This document shows, piece after piece, positions 9,559 to 19,124 of a stretch of 64,000 nt of DNA (within the stretch, counting starts at the first letter, position 1; each line of letters begins with the position of its first letter). Under the pieces are notes generated by a model that saw only the letters and a program-made list of their open reading frames with translations, made no database searches and had not been told where the DNA came from. Origin of the DNA: a plasmid. The DNA lies in the sequence record CP063550.1; one strand, written 5' to 3'. A program made the translations under genes and the position numbers.

Positions 9559-9650
9559 AATAGCTCCAGTGAGGTGAATAACTGCTCCACTCAAGGCAAT
9601 AGATAGCTCCATCCAGGGCAACAAACTGCTCCACTTTCATATTTAATAGA
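9559..9650. repeat. about 3.5 tandem 21-22-bp direct repeats, iteron-like
   Basis: 'TAGCTCCAGTGAGGTGAATAAC / TGCTCCACTCAAGGCAATAGAT / TAGCTCCATCCAGGGCAACAAAC / TGCTCCACTTTC...'. No rep gene is adjacent. Confidence 0.45.
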
Positions 9651-9726
9651 TGAATAACCTTCTGTATAATAGAAAGGCATACCTTTCGGTATGACAACTT
9701 ATACAGAATGTTATTTTATTGGTTCA

Positions 9727-10006
9727 CTATCGAAAAATTTTGGAGCTTTATTTTTCCGGTATTTCTCAACGAACGATTAGTTTAACTGTGGGAAGCTCCA
9801 GACATACGATTCGAGAAGTTACTTCTCGAGCAGACAGGAAGGGGGTGACTGAACTAACCGCTGATATGAGCGATACTTGGCTGTAGGAATATCTTTTTCC
9901 GGAAAAACAAACAACAGCACGAGGTTACCTTCCTGTAGACTGGGAATATGTTCATAAAGAACTAATGAAAAAGAATATGACATTGAAACTCCTTCATAGA
10001 GAATAT
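9727..10006 (+). pseudogene. IS21-family istA 5' fragment
   Basis: 'YRKILELYFSGISQRTISLTVGSSRHTIREV...' and 'GYLPVDWEYVHKELMKKNMTLKLLHREYG' are hallmark IstA N-terminal segments. There is an internal TAG, and the fragment is cut by the Tn3-type inverted repeat at 10007. Confidence 0.5.
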
Positions 10007-10069
10007 GGGGTACATGGAACATAGAAACGAAAATGCACGGTAGAAAAGCGAATGAATATAGTATAAATT

Positions 10070-10675
10070 CTACAAATCATTCGCTTTCTTTATTTTATAT
10101 ATGGTTGGTCGAGAGAGACCATTTTCTTTGGCAATTTCTGCAACTGGAACTCCTTGATTTAACATGTCCACCACAGTTTTAAAGACTAATCGTTTTTGCG
10201 GATCTGTTGAGTTCTCAGAATATTCAATTGGTCGCCCCTTATATCGACCAGCTTTTTTGGCCAATAATACTCCTTGCCGCTGACGTTCACGGATTTTCTC
10301 ACGTTCGTTTTGTGCAATATAACTTAGCAATGATAAAAACATATCGAACATAGCAGTATCTAGGAGTTCATTTCCAGTATTAAAATCTAAAAACTGTGCA
10401 TCTAGTATTTTTAATGCTACTTTTTTCTGTTTCATAAAGGTAACTGTATTTTTTATGTCTTCATAATCTCTGCCTAGGCGATCCAGTGATGCAACAATGA
10501 CACAATCACCTTCTCGGATATAATTTAGTAATTTTTGAAACTCAGGTCGCTGGATATCTTTACCACTGGCTTTTTCTTGGAATAATTTATCAATGTTAAG
10601 GTCTTCCATCATTGCCAATTGTCGATCTAAATTTTGATCTTGTGAAGACACTCTAATATATCCAATTTTTGCCAT
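10070..10675 (-). CDS. tnpR: serine recombinase (Tn3-family resolvase)
   Basis: Start at 'MAKIGYIRVSSQDQNLDRQ' (catalytic Ser). C-terminal HTH 'GLSRPTIYKI'. An AT-rich res-like region lies at 10676-10796. Confidence 0.85.
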   Translation of the reverse strand: MAKIGYIRVSSQDQNLDRQLAMMEDLNIDKLFQEKASGKDIQRPEFQKLLNYIREGDCVIVASLDRLGRDYEDIKNTVTFMKQKKVALKILDAQFLDFNTGNELLDTAMFDMFLSLLSYIAQNEREKIRERQRQGVLLAKKAGRYKGRPIEYSENSTDPQKRLVFKTVVDMLNQGVPVAEIAKENGLSRPTIYKIKKANDL

Positions 10676-10796
10676 AAAAACTCCTTTTAAAAAATGATAT
10701 AATTTACATGTAAAATTTACTTGTAGTTTTACTGTTATCATAGCATTTTTAAAAATAAATTTTAAGTCTACTTATAATTTACTTTGGAGGTTTTGA

Positions 10797-11192
10797 ATGA
10801 ATGAAATTAAGCGCAATAAAAATTCTTTTGGTGTTTATTTAGGAGAGCCTAGCTCGGAACAGTTAAATAAAGGTGAAGCTCGTCATGCTCTATGTCGAAA
10901 TATATTTTATGGTAGAAAAGGCAAACTTTATCAAACTTATTACGACGGTATGGAGGAACAGCTCAACGCATTAGGATTAGTAACTAATGCTATCATATAT
11001 TGGAATTCACTATATTTAGAAAAAGTCTTTGAACAAATTAAAACGGAAGGGTTCGACTGTTCCGAAGAAGTGTTACGCAAGCAATTTCCATTAATTAGTG
11101 ATCACATTAATTTTGTTGGCAAATATAGTTTCCGCTATGAAAAAGAATTATCGAATGGAATACTACGTCCGTTAAATATAGAGAATTATTGA
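10797..11192 (+). pseudogene. Tn3-family transposase C-terminal fragment (131 aa)
   Basis: 'GEARHALCRNIFYGRKGKLYQ...LGLVTNAIIYWNSLYLEKV' is the conserved extreme C-terminus of TnpA. The stop lies about 10 bp from the inner IR. Confidence 0.8.
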
Positions 11193-11356
11193 GAATGTTC
11201 GTCTTTTGGTTCCTACCGTGCATTTTCGCACGGATGTTCCAGATACTATTTTTGAATGTATAAAATTGAAAACACAAGAATACTAATAAATCAACGATTC
11301 TTGTGTTTTTAATTTTTCACTACCGTGCATTTTCGTTTCTATGTTCCATGTACCCC

Positions 11357-11612
11357 AATCTTGAAAAATTAATTAAAGACTTAGATAAAGCCATTGACGA
11401 CTTAGTCGTGGTGCTACCGGAGTATCAATGTTTAACCAGTATCCCAGGTATTGGTCCTGTTTAGGCTGCTGGAATACTCGCTGAAATTGGTCCAATTGAA
11501 CGTTTTTCTGATGAAATAAAATTGACAAAGTATGCCGGCCTATATTGGCGACAGAGTCAATCCGGTAAATCTGAATACGAAAATTTTTTTACGAAAAGCT
11601 TCACGTCTAATA
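11357..11612 (+). pseudogene. IS110-family transposase C-terminal fragment
   Basis: '...LTSIPGIGPV*AAGILAEIGPIERFSDEIKLTKYAGLYWRQSQSGKSEY' with an internal stop. It abuts the Tn3-type inverted repeat. Confidence 0.55.
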
Positions 11613-11709
11613 TCTATTTTAAAATAAAAATATTCCTGCTAATTTGGAATCGTTTCCTTCTTTTGGTATAATAATACCTGAAATTCTTTTGAGAGGAGTT
11701 GTTCGTGAA

Positions 11710-12681
11710 GTGAAAACTACTATGAAGGATGTTGCTGCGTTAGCAGGAGTTGGTGTGGGTACGGTATCTAGAGTAATAAATGGAGTAAAGGTGAAAGAGG
11801 TTACCAAAGAAAAAGTAATGGCTGCAATTAGTGAGCTTAATTATGAGCCTGATGAATATGCCAGAGGTATGAAAACGAATAGTAGCAATACAATAGCTCT
11901 TATTTTACCTACGATTTGGCATCCCTTCTTTTCCGAGTTTGCCTACTATGTAGAGGAAGCTCTCAGCCAAAAAAATTATAAGCTTTTTTTGTGTAATGCG
12001 AACGGCAGTGCGGAAAAAGAAAAAGAATATATCCAAATGGTCAAGCAGAGTAAAGTAGACGGAATTATAGGTATTACCTATTCAGACATTGATAAATATG
12101 TATCATCAAATTTACCATTTGTCAGTATAGACCGCCATTTTTCGGAACAGGTTTCTTATGTAACGGCAGATAATTATTTAGGTGGGCAAATTGCCGCTCA
12201 AGAACTACTTACTCGTAACTGTAAAAACTTGTGCTATGTTGGGGGTGTTTCACCTTACCCTAACGAAACAAACAATCGTAAAGCTGGTTTTTACAATATT
12301 TGTGAGGAAAATAAAATAGCTGTGAAGGTATTGGATATGCCTGAACCAATTAGCAATTTAGAGGAACAATTGCTCGCTTTTTTTTCGGATAATCCTGAAA
12401 TTGATAGCATTTTTACCATCAATGATTTCATGGCTTTGGATGTGATAAAAGCCCAAAAAAAACTAGGGAAGGAAGCACCTAAGGATTTTCAAATTATTGG
12501 TTTTGATGGAGTCAAGCTATCGTTGCAAAAAGACTATTTACTATCAACGATTGTACAGCCGATAGAGGAAATGGCCAAGGTTTCAGTAGAAACACTCATG
12601 GCGATGATTTTAAATGAAGAACCGCCTAAGCGTGTGGTAGTACCGGTTTTCTTTCACGCTGGAGAGACGACTAAAGAGTAA
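11710..12681 (+). CDS. LacI-family transcriptional regulator (sucrose/fructan operon repressor-like)
   Basis: HTH 'MKDVAALAGVGVGTVSRVINGV' plus a periplasmic-binding-like domain. RBS GAGGAG at 11693. GTG 11710 or ATG 11722 start. Confidence 0.85.
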   Translation: MKTTMKDVAALAGVGVGTVSRVINGVKVKEVTKEKVMAAISELNYEPDEYARGMKTNSSNTIALILPTIWHPFFSEFAYYVEEALSQKNYKLFLCNANGSAEKEKEYIQMVKQSKVDGIIGITYSDIDKYVSSNLPFVSIDRHFSEQVSYVTADNYLGGQIAAQELLTRNCKNLCYVGGVSPYPNETNNRKAGFYNICEENKIAVKVLDMPEPISNLEEQLLAFFSDNPEIDSIFTINDFMALDVIKAQKKLGKEAPKDFQIIGFDGVKLSLQKDYLLSTIVQPIEEMAKVSVETLMAMILNEEPPKRVVVPVFFHAGETTKE

Positions 12682-12747
12682 AAAACCGGTTTATAACGAT
12701 TTTTTTGAGATAGGTTGACAGAAAGTGATTTCAATGATATCTTAAAA

Positions 12748-12802
12748 CCAATTAATTGGAAACGTTACCAATTAATTGAAAAATAAAACGGAAACGTTTC
12801 AA
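12748..12802 (+). promoter_or_regulatory. cre-like site (TTGGAAACGTTACCAA) and palindromic LacI-type operator (GGAAACGTTTC) upstream of the ABC transporter operon
   Basis: 12752-12765 fits cre consensus TGNAANCGNWNNCA. 12790-12800 is a perfect 10-bp palindrome GAAACGTTTC. Confidence 0.5.
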
Positions 12803-12820
12803 AAAATAGGAGGAACATCG

Positions 12821-14134
12821 ATGAAAAAGAGAATGTTAGCAATTGCAGCAATTTTAGCATTAACAGCTGGAGGACTTGCAGGATGTGGCAGTAAGGAGAA
12901 AAGTTCAGGTAGCAGTGATCCAGGAGAAATTAAGATTTGGGTTCAGTTTTCTGATGAAACGCCTGAAGGAAAAGCTTGGGCAGAGATTGTGAACAATTTT
13001 AATGATGAATACGAGGGTGAATATAAAGCTGTTACTGAGTATATTCCTCGTAGCGGAAGCGGCGGTGGATATGAGGATAAAGTAAATGCTGCAATTACAA
13101 CCAATACCCTTCCTGATGTTATTACGTTAGATGGACCGAATACTGCAGCTTATGCTCATTCAGGAGTCATTGCTCCATTAGATGATTATTTGAAAGATGC
13201 GGACATGGATGATGTATTAGACAGCATTATTCAGCAAGGAACCTACGATGGCAAAATGTATGCGTTTGGTTTCTCAGAGTCCAGTGTGGGTGTCTATTAC
13301 AATAAGTCGCTGTTCAAAGATGCTGGAATTACAGAAGATCAATTGCCGACGTTAGAAGATCCTTGGACTTGGACGGAATTTCAAGCAATTTGCCAAAAGC
13401 TGACTGATAAATACAAAACGCCTGCAATTGATATGCAAATGGCGTCGGGAGACGAAATGCTGACCTACGCATATACACCATTTATATGGTCGAATGGCGG
13501 CGATGTCGTTAATGCTGATGGAACCAAAGCCGAAGACTATTTTAACGGTAAAAAATCCGTTGAAGCGTTGGAATTTATTCAAGAATTGGTTGAAAAAGGT
13601 TACACCACAATCAGTCCTATTGAAAAAGGATTTGAAACTGGCAAATATGCCATGATGCTGAGCGGTTCTTGGACAATGGCAGATTTAGAGGAAAACTATC
13701 AAGAGATTGATTATGGTATTTTGCCTTACCCCGTTTCAGATGCAACTGGGGAGTTAGTTTCACCAACCGGAAGCTGGCAGTTAGCAATGACTGAGAAAAC
13801 AGAGAAAAAGGATGCTTCTGCGGCCTTTATTAAGTTTGCAACCAGTACAGAATCTAGTCGTATTATGAGTTTAGGGAACAGTGTTCTACCTATCAGAAAT
13901 TCAACAGTTGATTTAATTAAAGATGAAGTGTCGGAAGGAATGCAGGTATTAATTAAGCAAAACCAACTTTCTGGACATGCCCGCCCAGTGGTTGTAGCTT
14001 ATCCGCAAGTATCTAGAGCATTCCAACAAGCAGTTCAAGATATTAGCTACTTCGAGGAAAACCCAGATGTACAAAAAGTAGCAGATAGTCGCGCTGCTGA
14101 AATGCAACAGGCAATTGATACTTCACTAAAATAG
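12821..14134 (+). CDS. carbohydrate ABC transporter substrate-binding lipoprotein
   Basis: Lipobox 'LAGCGS'. RBS AGGAGGA at 12807. Family 1 SBP features. Confidence 0.9.
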   Translation: MKKRMLAIAAILALTAGGLAGCGSKEKSSGSSDPGEIKIWVQFSDETPEGKAWAEIVNNFNDEYEGEYKAVTEYIPRSGSGGGYEDKVNAAITTNTLPDVITLDGPNTAAYAHSGVIAPLDDYLKDADMDDVLDSIIQQGTYDGKMYAFGFSESSVGVYYNKSLFKDAGITEDQLPTLEDPWTWTEFQAICQKLTDKYKTPAIDMQMASGDEMLTYAYTPFIWSNGGDVVNADGTKAEDYFNGKKSVEALEFIQELVEKGYTTISPIEKGFETGKYAMMLSGSWTMADLEENYQEIDYGILPYPVSDATGELVSPTGSWQLAMTEKTEKKDASAAFIKFATSTESSRIMSLGNSVLPIRNSTVDLIKDEVSEGMQVLIKQNQLSGHARPVVVAYPQVSRAFQQAVQDISYFEENPDVQKVADSRAAEMQQAIDTSLK

Positions 14135-14158
14135 AAGTTTCTAAAGGGGGCCAATCAA

Positions 14159-15043
14159 GTGTTAAAAAAACCGACAATGAAAGACAATTTGATAGGTTAC
14201 GGCTTTCTAGCGCCAGCTTTGCTGCTGCTGACGATTTTTCTGATCATACCCGTAATCATGGTAATTTATTATGCCTTTACTGATTATTATTTGTTAACGC
14301 CAGATGCTAGACAATTTATCGGCTTAGAAAATTTTAAGCGACTGTTCGCTGATCCAATTTTTGTAAAAAGTATTTGGAACACGGCTAAATTTGTTGTTTG
14401 GATTATTCCGGTCCAAATAGGGGCAGCTTTAGGAATGGCACTTATTATCAACAAAAATCGTAAAGGAAATATCTTTTTTAAAGTAGCCTTTTTTGCGCCA
14501 GTCGTGATGTCCTTAGTCGTTATTTCGATTTTATGGTTGTACTTGTTAAATCCTAATGAAGGTCTGGTTAATACGCTATTTGCAAAGATTGGAATTGCTT
14601 CGCAGCCTTTTTTGACTAGTCCCAAACAAGCAATGTATACGCTTGTTTTCGTATCGGCATGGCAAGGTGCAGGATATCAGATGCTGCTGTTTTTAGGGGG
14701 AATGCAAAATATTCCGCAAGACGTTTATGAGGCAGCCGAAATTGATGGTTTTTCTAAGTTTCAGCAATTTCGCTATATCACCATGCCATTATTAAAGCCC
14801 ACGGCGATTTTTATTTTACTTACCACATTGATTTCGGCCTTTAAACTAATCATTCAGCCAATGGTAATGACTCAAGGTGGACCAATGAATTCTACTATGA
14901 CAATGGTTTATTACATTTACCAAACTGGATTTACAGACCGTATGGTAGGCTACTCCAGCTCCATTGCGTTAATCTTTACCACTATGATTGGTTTAATTAC
15001 AATTGCTCAAAGAAAATTGGTAAAGGAGGATGATCCAGCATGA
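14159..15043 (+). CDS. sugar ABC transporter permease (MalF-like)
   Basis: 6 TM segments. EAA-like loop 'EAAEIDGFSKFQQFRYITMP'. Confidence 0.9.
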   Translation: MLKKPTMKDNLIGYGFLAPALLLLTIFLIIPVIMVIYYAFTDYYLLTPDARQFIGLENFKRLFADPIFVKSIWNTAKFVVWIIPVQIGAALGMALIINKNRKGNIFFKVAFFAPVVMSLVVISILWLYLLNPNEGLVNTLFAKIGIASQPFLTSPKQAMYTLVFVSAWQGAGYQMLLFLGGMQNIPQDVYEAAEIDGFSKFQQFRYITMPLLKPTAIFILLTTLISAFKLIIQPMVMTQGGPMNSTMTMVYYIYQTGFTDRMVGYSSSIALIFTTMIGLITIAQRKLVKEDDPA

Positions 15044-15888
15044 CCAAGAAATTTGGACCGCTAATGATCGTAGAATATTGTTTGCTGTTCCTTTTAGCGG
15101 CATTATTCATTTTCCCGATGCTGTGGATGGTAGTTTCCTCTATGAAGCCTGAAGCAGATGTCTATCAAAATTTAGCTTCCTTCAAAGCTTTTTTACCTAG
15201 TTTGAATCCAGCTAATTGGTTTAAAACTTATCAAGAGGTTATTTCCCGGTTCAGTGTGGGAACTTATTTATTAAACAGTATTTTTTATGGTTTAACCTTT
15301 GCCTGTGGGTCAATCATTGTAAACTCTTTGGCGGGTTTTGCCTTTGCGAAGGTTAATTTTTCAGGCAAGAAAATTATCTTTGGAGCTTTGTTAGCTCTGC
15401 TGATTGTCCCGATGGAGACGGTTTTAATTCCGCAATTTACCATCGTTAATTCACTAGGCTTAGTGAATACTCGCTTGGCAGTGATTTTACCAGCGATGGC
15501 CAGCGCGTTTAATATCTATCTGTTTAGAAATTTCTTTATCGCGATTCCAGAAGAAATCATTGAATCAGCGAAATTAGATGGTGCAAATATTGTTAAAATT
15601 TTCTTTCACATCATGCTGCCAATGTCTAAACCAGCCATAGCCACAGTAGGTGTCTTATCCTTTATCTCCAGCTGGAATGATTATATTTGGCCGTTAATGG
15701 TCTTAACTGACAGCAGCAAATTTTCAATGCAAGTGGCAATTACTACGATCAATACTACACAGCCAGTTTATATCAATCAAGTGATGGCTGTTTTAACCAT
15801 TGCAACGATTCCACTGATTATTGTTTATATCGTTGCACAAAAATATATTCTGCAGGGACTTGGCGGTTCTGGAACGGGTATAAAATAG
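15040..15888 (+). CDS. sugar ABC transporter permease (MalG-like)
   Basis: Overlaps the previous stop (ATGA). 'ESAKLDGANIVKIFFHIMLP' EAA motif. Confidence 0.9.
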   Translation: MTKKFGPLMIVEYCLLFLLAALFIFPMLWMVVSSMKPEADVYQNLASFKAFLPSLNPANWFKTYQEVISRFSVGTYLLNSIFYGLTFACGSIIVNSLAGFAFAKVNFSGKKIIFGALLALLIVPMETVLIPQFTIVNSLGLVNTRLAVILPAMASAFNIYLFRNFFIAIPEEIIESAKLDGANIVKIFFHIMLPMSKPAIATVGVLSFISSWNDYIWPLMVLTDSSKFSMQVAITTINTTQPVYINQVMAVLTIATIPLIIVYIVAQKYILQGLGGSGTGIK

Positions 15889-15901
15889 GAGTGAATAGTG
15901 A

Positions 15902-17374
15902 ATGTTGCAAAAACTTTTAAAGGCCAATGAGTTTATTGAGAAAAATGCTCAAACAGTCAATCAAGAATACCGGAATAAATTTCATTTGATGGCTCCGATT
16001 GGCTGGATGAATGATCCAAATGGTTTTGTTTATTATCAAGAGGAGTATCACTTGTTTTATCAATATTATCCTTACGACAGCATCTGGGGACCAATGCATT
16101 GGGGCCATGCTAAAAGCAAGGATCTAATTCACTGGGAGCATTTGCCAGTAGCACTGGCACCAGGTGAAAGCTATGACAAGGAAGGCTGTTTTTCCGGCAG
16201 TGCCATAGAAAAGGATGGCAAGCTGTATTTGATTTATACAGGACACAATGTTGTGGAAGGGCAAGTTCGACAAGTTCAGTGTTTGGCAGTTTCAGAAGAT
16301 GGCATTCACTTTGAAAAATATGCCGGAAATCCAATCATCGCAGAAGATCACTTAGCTTCTGTTGCAACGACCGAAGATTTCCGCGATCCCAAAGTGTTTC
16401 AGCGAAAAGAAGACTATTTTACTGTAGTCGCTACTAAAACTGCAGATGCTCGTGGACAAATTGTGATGTTCCATTCCAAAGATTTACTAACTTGGGAGTT
16501 TTATTCCGTATTGCTGGAGGGAACTCCAGAACAAGGCATTGTATGGGAATGCCCAGACTTGTTTGAACTAGATGGCAAAGAAGTCTTGATTCTTTCTCCT
16601 ATTCAAATGACTCCACAAGGCAATGCTTACCAAAATACGAACTCAACTGTTGCTTTCATCGGTACTGTCGATTGGCAAACAGGCAAATTTCTAGTAGAGA
16701 ATTTTCATGAAATCGATGGCGGTTTAGATTTTTATGCACCCCAGACCTGTGAAAACGAAGCAGGCCAAAGAATAATGATTGCTTGGATGCAAATGTGGCA
16801 GCGTAAAATACCTACGAATGATCTGGGCCATGGTTGGTCAGGTTCCATGACCTTGCCTAGAGAGCTGAGGGTGGCTGATAATCAATTGTTGCAACGGCCA
16901 GTTTCATCAATTTATCAAGTAATTGATCCGCAGGAAAGGATTGAATGGGCGAAGACTGAAGAGAATCGCTTCTTACTGAAGGACTTAGTATATGACCAGC
17001 ACTATTTACGCTTGGAAATCAATTTAAAACAGGCAACGAAACTAGAACTTCACTATGCGAAGGGACCCGACCATACATTACTGCTTAACTATGATGTTGA
17101 ACGGGAGTGCTTTACTGCTTCCAGGGAACACATGCCGTATGATTTATCAGGAGCTGAAAAGGAAGTGTTGAAAAAGCGCAGTGTGACGATTCCTTTGGAA
17201 AATAATTGTCTAACCATCGAAATTTTCCGTGATACTTCAGCTATTGAGCTTTTTCTAAATGATCGTCTGACTATGAGTACAACTTTTTATGAGACAGAAA
17301 AAGGACAGGATTTTCTTTTGCTGGCAGACAGTGAAGTAACCTTTTCATTGGAAAGCGGCTTAATTAATCTATAG
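15902..17374 (+). CDS. GH32 sucrose-6-phosphate hydrolase / beta-fructofuranosidase
   Basis: 'WMNDPNG', 'FRDPKVF' and 'ECPDLF' are the GH32 catalytic motifs. Confidence 0.9.
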   Translation: MLQKLLKANEFIEKNAQTVNQEYRNKFHLMAPIGWMNDPNGFVYYQEEYHLFYQYYPYDSIWGPMHWGHAKSKDLIHWEHLPVALAPGESYDKEGCFSGSAIEKDGKLYLIYTGHNVVEGQVRQVQCLAVSEDGIHFEKYAGNPIIAEDHLASVATTEDFRDPKVFQRKEDYFTVVATKTADARGQIVMFHSKDLLTWEFYSVLLEGTPEQGIVWECPDLFELDGKEVLILSPIQMTPQGNAYQNTNSTVAFIGTVDWQTGKFLVENFHEIDGGLDFYAPQTCENEAGQRIMIAWMQMWQRKIPTNDLGHGWSGSMTLPRELRVADNQLLQRPVSSIYQVIDPQERIEWAKTEENRFLLKDLVYDQHYLRLEINLKQATKLELHYAKGPDHTLLLNYDVERECFTASREHMPYDLSGAEKEVLKKRSVTIPLENNCLTIEIFRDTSAIELFLNDRLTMSTTFYETEKGQDFLLLADSEVTFSLESGLINL

Positions 17375-17387
17375 AAGGGAGAGCTCA

Positions 17388-18263
17388 GTGATGATTTATG
17401 GTTCAATCGAAGCAGGCGGCACAAAATTTGTGTGTGCCATTAGCGATGAAGAAATGACGATCAAGGAAAGAGTGAGCTTTCCGACAACGACACCTGAGGA
17501 AACAATACCTTTAGTCATTGACTTCTTCAAACAATACCAAGCAGATTTAGCAGGGATTGGGATTGGCTCATTTGGGCCTATCGATATCCATCGCGATTCC
17601 GCCACTTATGGGTACATTACCTCGACCCCGAAAGTGGCATGGCAAAATTTTGATTTCATCGGTACCATGAAAAAAGAATTTCCGATCCCGATTTCTTGGA
17701 CAACAGATGTCAATGCGGCTGCCTATGGTGAGTATGTCTTCGGCAGTGGCAAAGGATTGAGCAGTGTCGTTTACTATACGATCGGTACGGGTGTTGGCGG
17801 CGGTGCCTTACAAGAAGGGCGCTTTATCGAAGGGTTTAGTCATCCAGAAATGGGGCATATGCTCGTCGTCCCTCATCCAAAAGATGACTTTGCTGGCAGC
17901 TGTCCATTTCATGGCAACTGTTTAGAAGGGATGGCCGCTGGACCCGCCATCGAAAAACGCTTAGGGAAAAAAGGACAAGAGGTTGCAGAAGATGATCCTT
18001 ATTGGGAAATCGAAGCCTCCTATATTGCTCAATGTGCCTACAATACAACCTTGATGTTTTCTCCAGATGTGATCATTTTTGGCGGTGGTGTGATGAAACA
18101 ACGCCATATGCTGCAAAACGTCCACGACGCATTTGCAAAATTGGTCAATGGGTATGTCGAAACACCTGAGTTAAGCAAATATATCGTGACCCCAGCATTA
18201 GAAGACAACGCTGGAACGCTCGGTTGTTTGGCATTGGCTCGAGAAGCGGTCTTACATTCATAA
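17388..18263 (+). CDS. ROK-family fructokinase
   Basis: 'GSIEAGGTKF' ATP motif. Zn-binding 'HPEMGHM...CPFHGNCLEG'. Confidence 0.9.
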   Translation: MMIYGSIEAGGTKFVCAISDEEMTIKERVSFPTTTPEETIPLVIDFFKQYQADLAGIGIGSFGPIDIHRDSATYGYITSTPKVAWQNFDFIGTMKKEFPIPISWTTDVNAAAYGEYVFGSGKGLSSVVYYTIGTGVGGGALQEGRFIEGFSHPEMGHMLVVPHPKDDFAGSCPFHGNCLEGMAAGPAIEKRLGKKGQEVAEDDPYWEIEASYIAQCAYNTTLMFSPDVIIFGGGVMKQRHMLQNVHDAFAKLVNGYVETPELSKYIVTPALEDNAGTLGCLALAREAVLHS

Positions 18264-18325
18264 ACGAAAAAAGGCTCTTCGACATTTAGTGTTGGTAGAG
18301 AAAGATACAACTGAAAATTTAGTCA

Positions 18326-18362
18326 TAACCAGTTAGGCAGAGTGCTTAACTGGTTTTTGTTT
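18326..18362 (+). terminator. rho-independent terminator after the sucrose cluster
   Basis: 'AACCAGTTAGGCAGAGTGCTTAACTGGTTTTTGTTTT'. Confidence 0.6.
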
Positions 18363-18498
18363 TACTTGGAAGATCAAGCCTTGAATGAGATAAGTTCTTG
18401 CTCGAAAGTTATGGAAATTTCGATAGCCGTAGGCTACTTGTATTGTGCAATAGTTTTTTACAAAAAAAAGGGGGTGCGGATATTTTTTTTGGACCTTT

Positions 18499-19124
18499 TT
18501 AACAAATATATCTTTGCTTCTTCCGATATTGAAGAGGGCTTAGCCTTCCTAAAGATAACTTAATTCGTTGATTATTATACCAATGAATATAATCATCCAA
18601 TTTGTTTATAAACTGATTGATTGTTGTATTCTTCCAGTCACGTTGATAAAACATCTCGTTTTTTAATCGTCCAAAGAAACCTTCGCACGCTGAATTATCT
18701 GGTGAATAACTCTTTTTAGACATAGAGTGAAGCAAGTTGGCTTTGTTCCAATAGTCCAACTAACAATAGCACCATCGTAACAATCGACAAGTGGTGATAA
18801 GTAGATTTTCCCTGCGAGAATTCTAAATTCAGTAATATCTGTTAACCATTTTTCATTTGGCTTCTTTGCTTTAAAATTCCGATTTAATAAATTGGGGTGT
18901 GCAGGAGAAATTTCCCCAGCATACGAAGAATACTTTTTTCGTCTAGAAAATTTAACAAATAGATTTTCCTCAGTCATCAATCTACGTACAACTTTTTCAG
19001 AAAGCTTTTTACCCATATTTTTTAAAGCTTGGTGAATTCTACGGTAACCATACGCACAGAAGTTATGATTGAAAATCGTGATAATTAATTTGACGTTCTT
19101 TGTAATACTTATCTGGTTTCTCAA
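18499..19124 (-). pseudogene. IS3 family transposase OrfB, DDE core split by a frameshift at about 18720-18760
   Basis: ORF 18663-19124 ('...WLTDITEF...YLSPLVDCYDGAIVSW') and ORF 18499-18759 ('...SPDNSACEGFFGRLKNEM...') are consecutive parts in different frames. Confidence 0.75.

Larger units (their letters stand above)
10007..11356. mobile_element. Tn3-family remnant: IR, resolvase, 3' fragment of tnpA, IR
   Basis: Perfect 37-bp inverted repeat 'GGGGTACATGGAACATAGAAACGAAAATGCACGGTAG' at 10007-10043, with its reverse complement at 11320-11356. An additional degenerate IR copy lies at about 11205-11245, next to the tnpA stop. Flanks AATAT and AATCT (4 of 5). Confidence 0.7.
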
